A DNA stretch of 64,000 bases from an uncultured Actinomycetota bacterium (GCA_963743915.1 CAVURN010000002.1:608001-672000), one strand, 5' to 3'. Numbered from the stretch's first letter, positions 41,771 through 53,170 are shown. Notes: a model not told the origin generated them from the sequence alone. Made by a program: numbers and translations.

Positions 41771-41840
41771 TTGACACCGTCGCTGAGGCGGCTTCTAGCG
41801 TTCGTCGCATCATAGTAGACGACTGTTCACATCATGCAAC
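41771..41840 (+). promoter_or_regulatory. Putative carnitine-cluster promoter and IclR-type operator
   Basis: TTGACA at 41771; imperfect palindrome GTTCACATCATGCAAC at 41825-41840. Confidence 0.35.
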
Positions 41841-41881
41841 CAGTGACCAGTCACACCAGTCCGCCGCCCGGAGGTTCAGCC

Positions 41882-42794
41882 GTGTCGCTCCCCCTGCAGT
41901 CGTCCGCCTTCATCACCTGCGCCCTCACCGGCTCCGGTGACTCCACCGGCGTCAGCGACAAGGTGCCCGTGACGCCGGAGCAGATCGCCGACGTCGGCCC
42001 TCGAGGCGGCGGCGGCCGGCGCCGCCGTCGTGCACGTCCACGTCCGCGACCCCGAGACCGGCAAGGGCTCGCGGCGCCCGGAGCTCTTCCGCGAGATCGT
42101 CGAGCGCATCCGCGACTCCAAGGTCGACGTCGTGCTCAACCTGACCACCGGCATGGGCGGCGACCTCGTCCTCGGCGGCCCCGAGCAGCCACTGCCCCCG
42201 AACGACGCCGGCACCGACATGGCCGGCGCCACCGAGCGGCTGCAGCACGTCAAGGAGCTCATGCCCGAGATCTGCACGCTGGACGCCGGCACCATGAACT
42301 TCGCGGCCGGCGGCGACTACATCATGGTGAACACCCCGGGCATGTTCCGCGCGATGGCCAAGGGCATCCAGGACCTCGGCGTCAAGCCCGAGGTCGAGGT
42401 CTTCGACACCGGTGACCTCGTGCTGCTGAACGAGCTGGTCAAGGAAGGCCTGATCGACGACCCCTGCATGGTGCAGCTCTGCATGGGAATCCCCTACGGC
42501 GCCCCGAACGACGTCCTCGACGCTTGCAGTCGATGATCAACAACCTGCCGCCCGGCTCGGTCTACTCGATGTTCTCCATCGGCCGCTTCCAGCTGCCGTA
42601 CGCCGCGCTCGCGCCGATGGTCGGTGCCAACGTCCGCGTCGGGCTCGAGGACAACCTCTACCTGTCCAAGGGTGTGCTCGCGACCAACGGTCAGCTGGTC
42701 GACCGCGCCAAGACCCTGCTCGAGGCGATGAACGTCCGGGTGCATGGGCCCGCAGGAGGTGCGCGACAAGCTGGGCCTGGTCAAGCATGGCTGA
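41882..42794 (+). CDS. BKACE family (3-dehydrocarnitine cleavage, CdhC-like); about three frameshifts
   Basis: [39 protein letters not shown]. Confidence 0.88.
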
Positions 42795-43840
42795 CGCCAG
42801 GACGCCGCACAGTCACCCGAGCAGCTCGGCGTCTCAGCCAGTCGGGCTGCTCGGCGGCGGCGTCATCGGCGGCGGCTGGGCAGCGCGCTTCCTCATCAAC
42901 GGCGTCGACGTCCAGCTCTTCGACCCCGACCCCGAGGCCGAGCGCAAGGTCGACGAGATGCTGGCCAACGCCACGCCGCGCGTGGCAGCGCTCACCGACG
43001 CGCCGCTGCCCGCGCAGGGCACGCTCACGCAGGGTCGACGACACCGCAGGAGGCGGCCACCGGCGTGCAGTTCGTCCAGGAGAGCGCGCCGGAGAACGAG
43101 CAGATCAAGCGCTCGCTGCTCGCCGCCGCCAGCGAGGCGGCGCCGGCCCGGACGTCGTCTTCGGCAGCTCGACGTCGGGCATCCTGCCGACGCTGCTGCA
43201 GGCGGACATGACGCACCCCGAGCGCCTGGTGGTCGGTCACCCGTTCAACCCCGTCTACCTGCTCCCGCTCGTCGAGGTGTGCCCCGGCACAGCCGACCAG
43301 CGCCGGACGCCGTCACACGCGCCGCTGACATCTACCGCGTCGCTGGGCATGAAGCCGCTGGTGCTGCAGCACGAGATCGACGGCTTCGTCGCCGACCGGC
43401 TGCTCGAGGCGCTGTGGCGCGAGGCCCTGTGGCTGGTCAACGACGGCGTCGCCACCGTCGAGCAGGTGGACGACGCGATCCGCTTCGGCGCCGGACTGCG
43501 GTGGGCGTCCATGGGAACGATGCTCACCTACCGGATCGCCGGCGGCGAAGGCGGCATGCGCCACTTCATGGCGCAGTTCGGCCCGGCCCTGCAGTGGCCG
43601 TGGAGCAAGCTCACCGACGTCCCCGAGCTCACCGACGAGCTGCTCGACCGCATCGAGCAGCAGTCCGACGCCCAGGCCGCCGGCGCCGACGTGCGCGAGC
43701 TCGAGCGGCTGCGGGACGACTGCCTGGTCGGCGTGCTGCAGGGGCTGCGTCGGCGCGACTACGCCGCCGGCGCCGTGCTCAAGGAGTACGAGCAGCAGCT
43801 GCGCCCAGCGGGGTCAGCCGGAGCTCGCCTCGTCGTGAGC
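42787..43840 (+). CDS. lcdH: L-carnitine dehydrogenase (3-hydroxyacyl-CoA DH family); several frameshifts, 3' end approximate
   Basis: GGGVIGGGWAARF, SSTSG, GHPFNPVYLLPLVE, ADRLLEALWRE, GMRHFMAQFG. Confidence 0.85.
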
Positions 43841-44270
43841 CTTCTCCATGCGCGTCGAGCAGCGCGGCCCGGTCGTCGGGGAACGGCGCGACCTTGCCCG
43901 CCGCGGTGTCCACGTGCAGGTAGAGCGACTCCCCCGTCGCCACCGGGGTCGTCGCCGACCAGCAGGGTGGTCGCCAGCCGCAGCCGCTTGGCGTCGCACG
44001 ACGCCACCCACGACTCGCGCGCGAATCACGTCGTCGCGCGCTCACCTCGTGCAGGAACTTCAGGGTGATCTCGACGGTGTACATGCTGCAGCCCGTGCGC
44101 TCCCGGTACGCCGCGCTCAGGCCGAGGGCGTCGAGGAACATCTCGTTCGCGTCGGTCAGCACCTGTGGCGTACGCCGCGTCGTTCATGTGCCCGTTGTAG
44201 TCGATCGACGCCAGCGGGACGCCGCACGAGAACTCGGTGTACGGGGACTCACGACGGTGTCGTTGCTCAC
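43814..44270 (-). CDS. Thioesterase (CdhB-like) on the opposite strand; frameshifted
   Basis: IDYNGHMNDAAY / MYTVE / ATGESLYLHVD across frames. Confidence 0.75.
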
Positions 44271-44313
44271 CAGTCGATCGTGCCACGACGCACCGAGCCA
44301 GCGAAAGGACGCC

Positions 44314-44887
44314 ATGAGTAGCGACGACTCGCACCCCGCACTCGGGTCACCACGCCCGAACGAGGGCAGGCTGCACGCCGGCTGGGACGCGACCGCGCCC
44401 ATCGACGCACCTCTCCGGCTGCACGAGACCACCGTGACGCCCGCCTGGTGCGACTACAACGGCCACATGAGCGAGTCGAGCTACCTGCTGGTCGTCGGTG
44501 ACAACGCCGACGCCTTCTTCCGCTACTTCGGCATCGACGAGGAGTACCGCGCCAAGGGCGGGTCGCTCTACACCGCCGAGACGCACCTGCACCACCTGCG
44601 CGAGTGCGACGAGGGTGACCGGCTCACCTTCACGCTGCAGGTGCTCGGCGTCGACCGCAAGCGCGTCCACATCGTCCACGAGGTGCTCGACGCCGACACC
44701 GGACAGCCGGTCGCCACCGCCGAGCAGATGCTGCTGCACGTCGACATGGCCGCCGGCAAGGTCGCACCCCTGCCCGACCACCTGTACGACCGGCTCAAGG
44801 CGATCGAGGCAGCACATGCAGCGCCTGCCCGTCCCCGACTACGTTGGCCACGTCATGGGTCTGCCACCCCGCAAGCCCACCGACTGA
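44314..44887 (+). CDS. Thioesterase (CdhB-like); frameshift near 3' end
   Basis: WCDYNGHMSESSY, YTAETH, EQMLLHVD. Confidence 0.85.
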
Positions 44888-44902
44888 GGAGAGAGCAACC
44901 GC

Positions 44903-46076
44903 ATGGACTTCGCCCTGACCGACGAGCAGCGTGCGATCGTCGACACCGTTCGCTCCGTTCGTCGAGCGTGAGCTCGTGCCGCACGAGGACGAGGTCGAGC
45001 AGCTCGACGAGGTGACACCCGAGCTGGCGGCGGCGATCCGCACGAAGGCACTCGAGCGCCGGGCTGTACGCCGCGAACATGCCCGAGGACGTCGGTGGCG
45101 GCGGGCCTGGACGCGGTCTCGCTCGCCCTGGTCGAGCGCGAGCTCGGGCGCACCTCCTTCGCCCTGCACCACTTCGTGGCGCGACCGAGCCGCATCCTGA
45201 TGGGCTGCACCGGCGACCAGGTCGAGCGCTACCTGCTGCCCACCGTCCGCGGCGAGAAGCAGGAGTGTCTGGCCATCACCGAGCCCGGCGCCGGGCTCTG
45301 ACGTCCGCGGCATGACGACCACCGCACGCCGCGACGGCGACGACTGGGTGGTCAACGGCACCAAGCACTTCATCAGCCACGCCGACATCTCCGACTTCAT
45401 CATCCTGTTCGCCGCCACCGGCGAGGAGCAGTCCTCGCGGGGCACGCGCAAGCTGATCTCGTCGTTCCTCGTCGACACCGACCTGCCGGGACTGACGATC
45501 ACCAAGGGCTCGCCGAGCGTCTCGCACCGCGGCTACCACCACTGCGAGCTCCACTTCGACAACGTCCGCATGCCGGCCCAGGCCCTGCTCGGCGAGGAGG
45601 GCCGCGGCTTCGACCTGATGGGCCAGTGGCTCGGCGCCACCCGTCTGGCGGTGGCCGCCAACTCCGTCGGCCGCGCCCAGCGCGTCCTCGAGGAGGCCCT
45701 GTCCTGGGCGGTGAGCCGCGAGCAGTTCGGCCAGCCGATCGGCCGGTTCCAGGGACTCAGCTTCCAGCTCGCCGACTCAGCGCTCGAGATCGAGGCGGCC
45801 CAGCTGCTCACGCTGCAGGCGGCGTTCCGCGTCGACGACGGCACGGTGACCGACACCGATGTCGCGATGGCCAAGCTGGTGGCCACCGAGACCCTCGGAC
45901 GCGTCACCGACCGCGCGGTGCAGGTGTTCGGCGGCATGGGCCTGGTCCGCGAGTACAAGATCGAGCGGTGGTGGCGCGACGCGCGCGTCGAGCGCATCTG
46001 GGACGGCACGAGCGAGATCCAGCGCCACATCATCTCCCGCGCCCTGCTGCGGCCGCTGGAGGGACAGAGCCGATGA
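44903..46076 (+). CDS. Acyl-CoA dehydrogenase; about three frameshifts
   Basis: MDFALTDEQ, AITEPGAG, NGTKHFIS, REQFG, IWDGTSEIQR. Confidence 0.9.
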
Positions 46077-46853
46077 CCGTCCACACCGAGGTTCGCGGCT
46101 CGACGCTGCTCGTCACCCTCGACGTCCCGAAGGCGAACGCCATCAACGTCGACACGAGCATGGAGCTCTACGGCGCCTTCGTCCGGCTGCGCGAAGACCC
46201 GCGCGCTGCGTGCGGCGGTGCTCACCGGCGCCGGTGAGCGCTTCTTCAGTGCCGGGTGGGACCTCAAGGCAGCTGCCGAGGGAGAGGCGGTCGACGCCGA
46301 GCACTCCCCCGGTGGCTTCGCCGGGCTGACCGAGTTCTTCGACGTCGGCAAGCCGGTGATCGCCGCCGTGAACGGAATGGCCATCGGCGGCGGCTTCGAG
46401 CTCGCGCTGTCCGCCGACCTCGTCGTCGCCGCCGACCACGCGGAGTTCGCCCTGCCGGAGGTCAAGCTCGGCATCGTCGCCGACTCCGGCGGGCTGCTGC
46501 GCGTACCGGCGCGCGTCCCGCGTGCCGTCGCCCTGGAGTGGCTGCTCACCGGACGCCGCATCACCGCCGAGGAGGCGCGCGCTGGGGCTTGGTGAACCGG
46601 GTCGTGCCGGCGGCCGAGCTGCTCGACGTCCGCACTCGAGCTCGCTGCCGCGATCGAGGAGTCGGCGCCGCTCGCGGTCGCCGCTGTGCTCGAGATCGTC
46701 CGAGAGACCGAGGGGATGCGAATCGACGAGGCGTTCCGGATGCTCCGCGACGGGCGAGCTGCCCGCCTACCGCGCCTGCATCAGCTCCGAGGACGCCCTC
46801 GAAGGCCCGCGCGCCTTCGCCGAGAAGCGCTCCCCGAGTGGAAGGGCCGCTAG
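46073..46853 (+). CDS. caiD: Enoyl-CoA hydratase, carnitinyl-CoA dehydratase-like; frameshifts
   Basis: [46 protein letters not shown]. Confidence 0.82.
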
Positions 46854-46923
46854 CTGTAGTTCCAGCAGCCGAGGCAGGCCTTTACGTCCACCAGCCACGC
46901 ATCAGGCGGGCTTTGAGTGGCGC

Positions 46924-47692
46924 TCAGAGGTGGTAGGTCTCGGTGTGGCCGTCCACTGCGATGGCCTGACCAGACACCATCCGCGCCTGCGGCGACGCGA
47001 GGAAGACGCACATGTCAGCGATCTCCTGGGGCTCGACGAAGCGGGCGATCGACTGTGAGCTGGTGTACTCCGCTCGACGACGTCGGGGGTGACGCCTCGG
47101 CTGTCCGCCTCGGCCGCGATCACACGGTGCCATCCGCGCGACCCCGTACCGAACCTGGGCAGACGGCGTTGGCGGTGACTCCGTACCGCCCGAGCTCGAT
47201 CGCGAGCGACTTCGTCAGGCCGATCACCGCCCACTTGGCCGCCGCGTACGGCGTGCGACGGCCGTAGCCGACCTGACCGGCCGTGGAGGACATGTTGACG
47301 ATCGACCCGCTGCGCTGGGCCTTCAGGTGGGGCACGACTGCCCGGCAGGTGAGGAAGTGGCTGTCGAGGTCGACGGCCAGGCACTGACGCCAGTCGTCCA
47401 GCGAGACGTTCTCCACGTCGGCGGTCGGTCCCGCGATTCCTGCGTTGTTGACCAGGACGTCGACGCCGCCGAGTACCTCCAGGGACTCCGCACACCAGCG
47501 GTCCACCGCCTGCGCATCACCGAGGTCGGCGACTGATCCAGTGATGCGTTCATGGCGCCCGGTCAGTTCCGCGATCGCCGACTCAGAGACGTCACAGGTG
47601 TGCACGTGTGCACCGTTCGCAGCGAAAGCCTGGGCGATGATTGCGCCGATCCCGGAACCACCTGCGGTCACCATCACTCGTTGAGGCGTCAT
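46924..47692 (-). CDS. SDR family oxidoreductase; frameshifted
   Basis: TAGGSGIG, NNAGI, YAAAK, VSGQAIAVDG. Confidence 0.9.
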
Positions 47693-47744
47693 GGCCTCAT
47701 CTTGGCGGTTCTGATCCTCGTGCGCGTCGAATCAGGGCAGCGTT

Positions 47745-47969
47745 TCAGGCTGTGGCAGCGCGATGCTCCTGGGCGATGCGCTCGCAGGAATGGGTGTCGT
47801 CAAAGCCGAACTCGTAGCTGCAGTCGTGGCAGACGGTCATCGCGACCGGTCCGAGATGCACGACCTCGACCTCATGGGGGTGGCAGCAGTCAGACCCGTG
47901 CGCGTGGTCGCGCCGGTGCACGGCGGTCAGCGTCGCCCGGATGATCGGATCGGGACAGTTCGGCGTCAC
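47745..47969 (-). CDS. Small Cys/His-rich hypothetical protein
   Basis: HRRDHAHGSDCCHPH...VCHDC...HSC..EH; start uncertain. Confidence 0.55.
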   Translation of the reverse strand: MTPNCPDPIIRATLTAVHRRDHAHGSDCCHPHEVEVVHLGPVAMTVCHDCSYEFGFDDTHSCERIAQEHRAATA

Positions 47970-48189
47970 ATTGGCTCTATCGGCACGGCAGCGGCGGGGG
48001 CTTGAGCCTTGGTTCGGGCCATCCATGGCCATCCTCGGGGAAGTGGGATGTCGGACGCCCACCAGCATCCGCCCGCCCCCGGCACCGCGCGCCTCGACAC
48101 GCCGGAGACGCGCGGTGCCACTGCGACCACGGTCATCGACCCGGATCGGGTGGTAGACAGTCACCACCACCGCAGAGAGCAGGAAGACC

Positions 48190-49681
48190 ATGCCCCCACG
48201 CCTTCCCGGACGCCGTCTGTGGCTCGTCGCAGCAGCCCTGGCCCTGCCCCTGGCCGGCCTGGCCCTGCCCGCAGCCGAGGCCGCTCCTGCGCCCAGCGTC
48301 CGGCTGCTCAGTCCCTCGACCACGGGACACCTCGAGCTCTATCCCAGAGGCAGCTACAGCCTCGACGTCCCGGTCTACGTCGCGGCGAGTGGGGGGCCGT
48401 TCGAGGTGTGGGCGCAGCGGACCTATGACCAGCCCAGCATCCTGAACCAGGTGACGCGGGACGCCGGCTGGTCGGTCGTCGGCACCCAGGTGGTCGACGG
48501 AGTACCCGAGCCGGACTTCCAGCGGGGACTGACCGGACTTCTTCCAGGTGACGCTTGCGAAGCGGAACGGAACGGTCCTCGCCACCCGGACGCGCGCCTT
48601 CTGCCCGGGGAACGGAGATCTCCAGCGCCTCGACGACGACGGGCCGAACACCTCGCGCTACACCGTGCCCTGCTGGGCCAGCCCGTTCACGCGCGGACTC
48701 CCCTGGGGCATCGACCAGGGATGGGCGGTCAGTCCGGAACTCGGCCTCGGTCGACGTCTGACGATCGACCCGGGCACCTACCGACTCACCGTCTCGGTCA
48801 CCGATGACTACCGCAGCGCCTTCGGCATCGCTGACGAGGACGCCGAGCTCTCGTTCCTCGTGGACGCCGTGAAGGGCGACCGCTCCGAGCCGCACGTCCA
48901 CGCGGACGCCACCCTTCGCGCGCCGGGTGGCAGGGCCGCACGGACGGCCGCGCCGATCGTCACTCCCCCCGATTCTGCGCTGCCTGATCTGGAGGCCCTC
49001 CCGGCCTGGGGGATCTCCGTGAGCAACCGCAACCGGACCGGACGGTCCTTTCTGAACTTCGGCGCCACGGCCTGGAATGCCGGCCCCGGCGACCTGGTCG
49101 TCGAAGGGTTCCGCGACCCCTCGTCACTCACGATGGACGCCTTCCAGTACTTCTACGACGGCGACACGGTGGTGGGCAAGCTCCCGGCGGGCACTCTGGA
49201 GTACGACAACCGAGACGGCCACGACCACTGGCACTTCCGTGACTTCGCCTCGTACTCGCTGCTCGACGCAGACCGTCAGCTGATCGTCGACAGCGGCAAG
49301 GAGGCCTTCTGCCTGGCCCCCACCGACCCGATCGACCTGACCGTCGACAAGGCGGAGTGGGACCCGTGGCTCACCGATCTCGGCACCGCCTGCGGGGAGT
49401 CCGACTCGCTGTGGATCCGTGAGGTTCTCGAGACCGGCTGGGGCGACACCTACACCCAGTACCGTCCGGGGCAGTCGTTCGACATCACCGACCTGCCCAA
49501 CGGGGTCTACTTCATCCAGGTGTCGGCCAATCCCGACGACGTCCTGGCCGAGGGCTCGGATGCCAACAACGTGGCGCTCCGCAAGATCCGGCTGCGCGGA
49601 AAGGCGGGAGAACGGTGGGTCCACGTCCCGCTGTACAAGGGGATGGACACCGAGACCAACGGGTGCGGACCCTTCTGCTGA
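48190..49681 (+). CDS. Secreted lysyl-oxidase-family protein; frameshift near 48540
   Basis: Signal peptide; LPDL, HDHWHF, KEAFCL, GWGDTY, DITDLPNGVY, ANP. Confidence 0.88.
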
Positions 49682-49685
49682 GGGT

Positions 49686-50720
49686 CTAACCCCCACCTGC
49701 CAGTCGCAGGTTGGCGAGCTGTGTCGCCGTCCCGATCGCGATGACAGCGTCACCGGGCCCGATCACCCGCTCGGCCGGTGGGTTCGTGACGAACTGGCCC
49801 TGAGCGTCACGGAGGGCGAGAAGCAGCGCACCTCCTCCCTCATGTACACGCGCCTCCCGAACCGTCATGCCCGCCAAGGCCGAGCCCTGCGCGACCTCGA
49901 AGTCCTCCAGACGGAACTCCATGCCCGCATCGTGCATGGCGACGTCGAGGAAGTCGACGACGTGGGGTTGCAGTGCGGATGCCGCGATCCGGTCACCGCC
50001 CAGCCGTTGCGGGTTCACGACTCGGTCTGCGCCCGCCCGCTCGAACTTCGGAACCGCCTCCTCGGTCCGCGCCCGAGCGATGATGAGCAGGTCCTCGTTG
50101 AGCGCACGGGCACTCAATGTCACGAACAGCGAGTCGGCGTCGTTCTCCAGGGTGGCCACCAGCGCCTGGGCCGTCCCGATCCCCGCCTGACGCAGCACGT
50201 CGTCATCGGTCCCGTCTCCCTCCACGAACGGGTACGGACAGTCAGCCAGCCGGTCCTGATCCACCTCGACCACGACGACCTGACGCCCCTCTCGGGCGAG
50301 CTGGTGGGCGCTGGCCCGTCCTACGCGTCCGTAGCCACACACGATGACGTGACCTTCGAGCTGATCGATCGATCGCTGCATCCGACGGCCCTCCCACAAC
50401 GTGCTGACGTGCCCGTCGATGAAGATGGCGACGAGCAGCGTCAACGAGTACAAGACGGTGCCGATGCCACCGAGCATCAGCACGACCATGAAGAGCTTCC
50501 CCGCGGTGTCCATCTCGTAGGGCTCGCGGAAGCCGACCGTGGTGACGGTGAAGACCGTGGTGTAGGCGGCGTCCAACGGCGAGAGCCCCAGCAGGATGAA
50601 CCCCACCGTGCCGACGATCAGCACCGAAGCAACGGCCACGGCGATCCAACGGACCTGTCGGATGACGTCGAAGCCAGAACGCCGGCCGGTGAACGGATGA
50701 GCACGCGCTCGACTGGTCAC
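49686..50720 (-). CDS. Potassium channel with TrkA-N/TrkA-C (RCK) domains
   Basis: TTVGF filter-like motif, CGYGRVG, AGADRVVNP. Confidence 0.92.
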   Translation of the reverse strand: MTSRARAHPFTGRRSGFDVIRQVRWIAVAVASVLIVGTVGFILLGLSPLDAAYTTVFTVTTVGFREPYEMDTAGKLFMVVLMLGGIGTVLYSLTLLVAIFIDGHVSTLWEGRRMQRSIDQLEGHVIVCGYGRVGRASAHQLAREGRQVVVVEVDQDRLADCPYPFVEGDGTDDDVLRQAGIGTAQALVATLENDADSLFVTLSARALNEDLLIIARARTEEAVPKFERAGADRVVNPQRLGGDRIAASALQPHVVDFLDVAMHDAGMEFRLEDFEVAQGSALAGMTVREARVHEGGGALLLALRDAQGQFVTNPPAERVIGPGDAVIAIGTATQLANLRLAGGG

Positions 50721-50769
50721 ACCTCAATCCTGATGGTCGCGACGACTGCACCCCAGGACCAAAAGACCC

Positions 50770-53067
50770 TCACCGGTCTGCGGCATCGACCAGGCTGTAG
50801 AGCTCCTCTTCCTCCTGCGCGTTGTGCAGTCGCATCACCCCGTACAGCCCGTAGAGCAGTCGACGCAGCTCGATGACATCGTCCTCGTCGACACAACCGG
50901 GCCCCCAGGCGTCCACCAGGCGCCGGAGCCTGAGGACCTGGTGCTGGATCTCGGCGTGGGTACGGCTGAGTCCGGCAAGGACCTCGTCACCGCCGAGGGC
51001 GGCGGACATGACCGGGTAGAGCTCACCCTCCTCGGCGAGCTCGTGCGGCACCAGCTCGCCCTCGAGCTCGTCGACCAGGGCACGGACCTGGCCCCGGTCG
51101 ACGTCCCCGGCGGCCAGTCCGTCGGCCACCGCACGTACGCGCTCGACGGTGTGCTGCACCGCCTGGTGGTCGGACAGGTGGCGCCGCACCACGGCGGCAT
51201 CGGCCGCGCTGACCTCCGGCAGCAGTCGTGCTGGAGGACGAAGAGCCGTCAGGGCCACAAGGATCGCGACGACATCGATGACTTCTTGAGAGAGCGCCCC
51301 AAGGGTCGGCGGAAGGAGTCCTGCTGCCGCGAAGAGCATGGCGACACCGGAGAGCCCCATGCCGATGACGACGCTCAGGAGCGCGATGCTCCGCGACCTG
51401 CGGGCGATCGTCACCACGTCGGCCAACCGGTCGACCCGGTCGACGGTGAGCACGACGTCGGCGGTCTCCGAGGATGCGGTGCTGCCGTGGGCGGCCATCG
51501 CAACGCCGACCGATGCGGCCGCCAGGGCGGGTGCATCGTTGATGCCGTCGCCCACCATGACCGTCGTCCCGCGCTCCGCCTCGCGACGGACGACGTCGAC
51601 CTTCTCCCGGGGGTCGGTCTCGGCGTGCACCGCGTCCACCCCTACCAACCGACCGACCGACTCGGCGGCATCCGCCCGGTCACCCGTCACGAGGACGACA
51701 CGCTCGAGTCCTGCAGCGCGCAGCATCCGCAGCATCCGATGCGCGTCGGGACGCAAGGGATCGCTGAGCAGGAACGCACAGACCGGCGCCTCGTCCACGC
51801 TGACGAACACCGTCATGGCACCTTCGAGACTGGCCCGTCGCGCGACGCGATGCAGCCATGGATCGGCGTCGCCCGGACTGATCCAGCCGAGGCGGCCGAC
51901 ACGGACGAGATGGCCCTCGACCCTGCCCTCCACGCCATAGCCGTGGCTCTCCTTCACGTCAGAAGGCACGACCAAGTCGAGGCCCTGCCGACGCGCGTGG
52001 TCGACGATGGCGCTGGCCAGCACGTGGGGGGAGACCTGATCGAGCGAGGCCGCCAGCCGCAGGGCTTCGGCACGCTCGGTGTCCGGCCCCGCCGTGACCA
52101 TCTCCGCCACCACCGGATGCCCGGCCGTCAGAGTCCCCGTCTTGTCGAAGAGCAGCACCTGGCCCTGTGCCAGCTGCTCCAGCGCCGCTCCGCCCTTGAC
52201 GATGACGCCCTTGCGTGCAGCCTGGGAGAGCCCCGACATGATCGCGATCGGTGCAGCAAGCAGCAGGGGGCACGGTGTCGCGACGACCAGCACCGCCACC
52301 GCTCGAACCGCGTCCCCTGACATCCACCAAGCGGCTCCCGCCACGACCAGCGTGAAGGGGACGAAGAGCGCCGCGAAGCGGTCGGCCATCCGTACAAAGG
52401 GAGCCGACGTTGCCTGGGCCTGCTCCACCAGTCGGACGATCTGGCTGTAGGTGGAGTCGGCCGCCGGTGTGGTGGCCAGCATCTCGACGGGTGCTCCCGC
52501 GTTGACGACGCCCGAGCGCACCTCGTCGCCGGCCGGTCGCTCGACCGGGTCCGGTTCGCCCGTGAGCGATGACTCGTCGAAGACTGCTGCGGCCAGCAGA
52601 CGTGCGTCGACGGGCACCACCTCGCCGCCGGCCACAAGCAGCCGGTCGCCACGAGCCACCTGCTCGACGGGCACGAGGTCGAACTCGTCGCCATTGCGTC
52701 GACGCGCTGACCGAGGGGCACGGGCGACGAGCAGAGTGAGCTCACGCTTCGCGCGGGCCTCGGCCCGGGCTTCGAGCAACCGACCAGTGGTCAGCATCAG
52801 TGTGATGATGGCGCCGGCCAGCGGCTCGTCCACGACGATCGTGCCGAGCAGGGCCAGCCACGCCACCACGTCGACACCGACGTGGCCAGCGCGCATTCCC
52901 TGCCAGAGCCAGCCCGTGGACAGGAGAAGACCGAACCCGGTGGCTGCCAGCCACACGCCGGACGCGATGGTTCGCTCGTCCAGCAACCAGGCCGCGCCGC
53001 CCAGTGCCAGCAGCACGGCGGACGCGGCGAAGGAGACCTGCTCGAGGCGGTCACGCCAACCCGTCAC
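50770..53067 (-). CDS. P1B-5-type heavy-metal ATPase with C-terminal hemerythrin domain
   Basis: LTGE, ATPCPL, DKTGTLT, GDGIND, QEVID; C-terminal HELAEE..LYP, HNAQEEE. Confidence 0.93.
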   Translation of the reverse strand: MTGWRDRLEQVSFAASAVLLALGGAAWLLDERTIASGVWLAATGFGLLLSTGWLWQGMRAGHVGVDVVAWLALLGTIVVDEPLAGAIITLMLTTGRLLEARAEARAKRELTLLVARAPRSARRRNGDEFDLVPVEQVARGDRLLVAGGEVVPVDARLLAAAVFDESSLTGEPDPVERPAGDEVRSGVVNAGAPVEMLATTPAADSTYSQIVRLVEQAQATSAPFVRMADRFAALFVPFTLVVAGAAWWMSGDAVRAVAVLVVATPCPLLLAAPIAIMSGLSQAARKGVIVKGGAALEQLAQGQVLLFDKTGTLTAGHPVVAEMVTAGPDTERAEALRLAASLDQVSPHVLASAIVDHARRQGLDLVVPSDVKESHGYGVEGRVEGHLVRVGRLGWISPGDADPWLHRVARRASLEGAMTVFVSVDEAPVCAFLLSDPLRPDAHRMLRMLRAAGLERVVLVTGDRADAAESVGRLVGVDAVHAETDPREKVDVVRREAERGTTVMVGDGINDAPALAAASVGVAMAAHGSTASSETADVVLTVDRVDRLADVVTIARRSRSIALLSVVIGMGLSGVAMLFAAAGLLPPTLGALSQEVIDVVAILVALTALRPPARLLPEVSAADAAVVRRHLSDHQAVQHTVERVRAVADGLAAGDVDRGQVRALVDELEGELVPHELAEEGELYPVMSAALGGDEVLAGLSRTHAEIQHQVLRLRRLVDAWGPGCVDEDDVIELRRLLYGLYGVMRLHNAQEEEELYSLVDAADR

Positions 53068-53102
53068 TCTTCCACCGTAGAAGGTGCTGCGGCAGATCGG
53101 CC

Positions 53103-53116
53103 GGGGCCAAGGTCCC
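53103..53116. promoter_or_regulatory. DosR/DevR-like box in the divergent ATPase/kinase promoter
   Basis: GGGGCCAAGGTCCC. Confidence 0.55.
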
Positions 53117-53170
53117 TGCCCGCCCAGCCCCTGACACGGAATCCTGGGAGGTGGAGAGAGGCGGTCTGCC

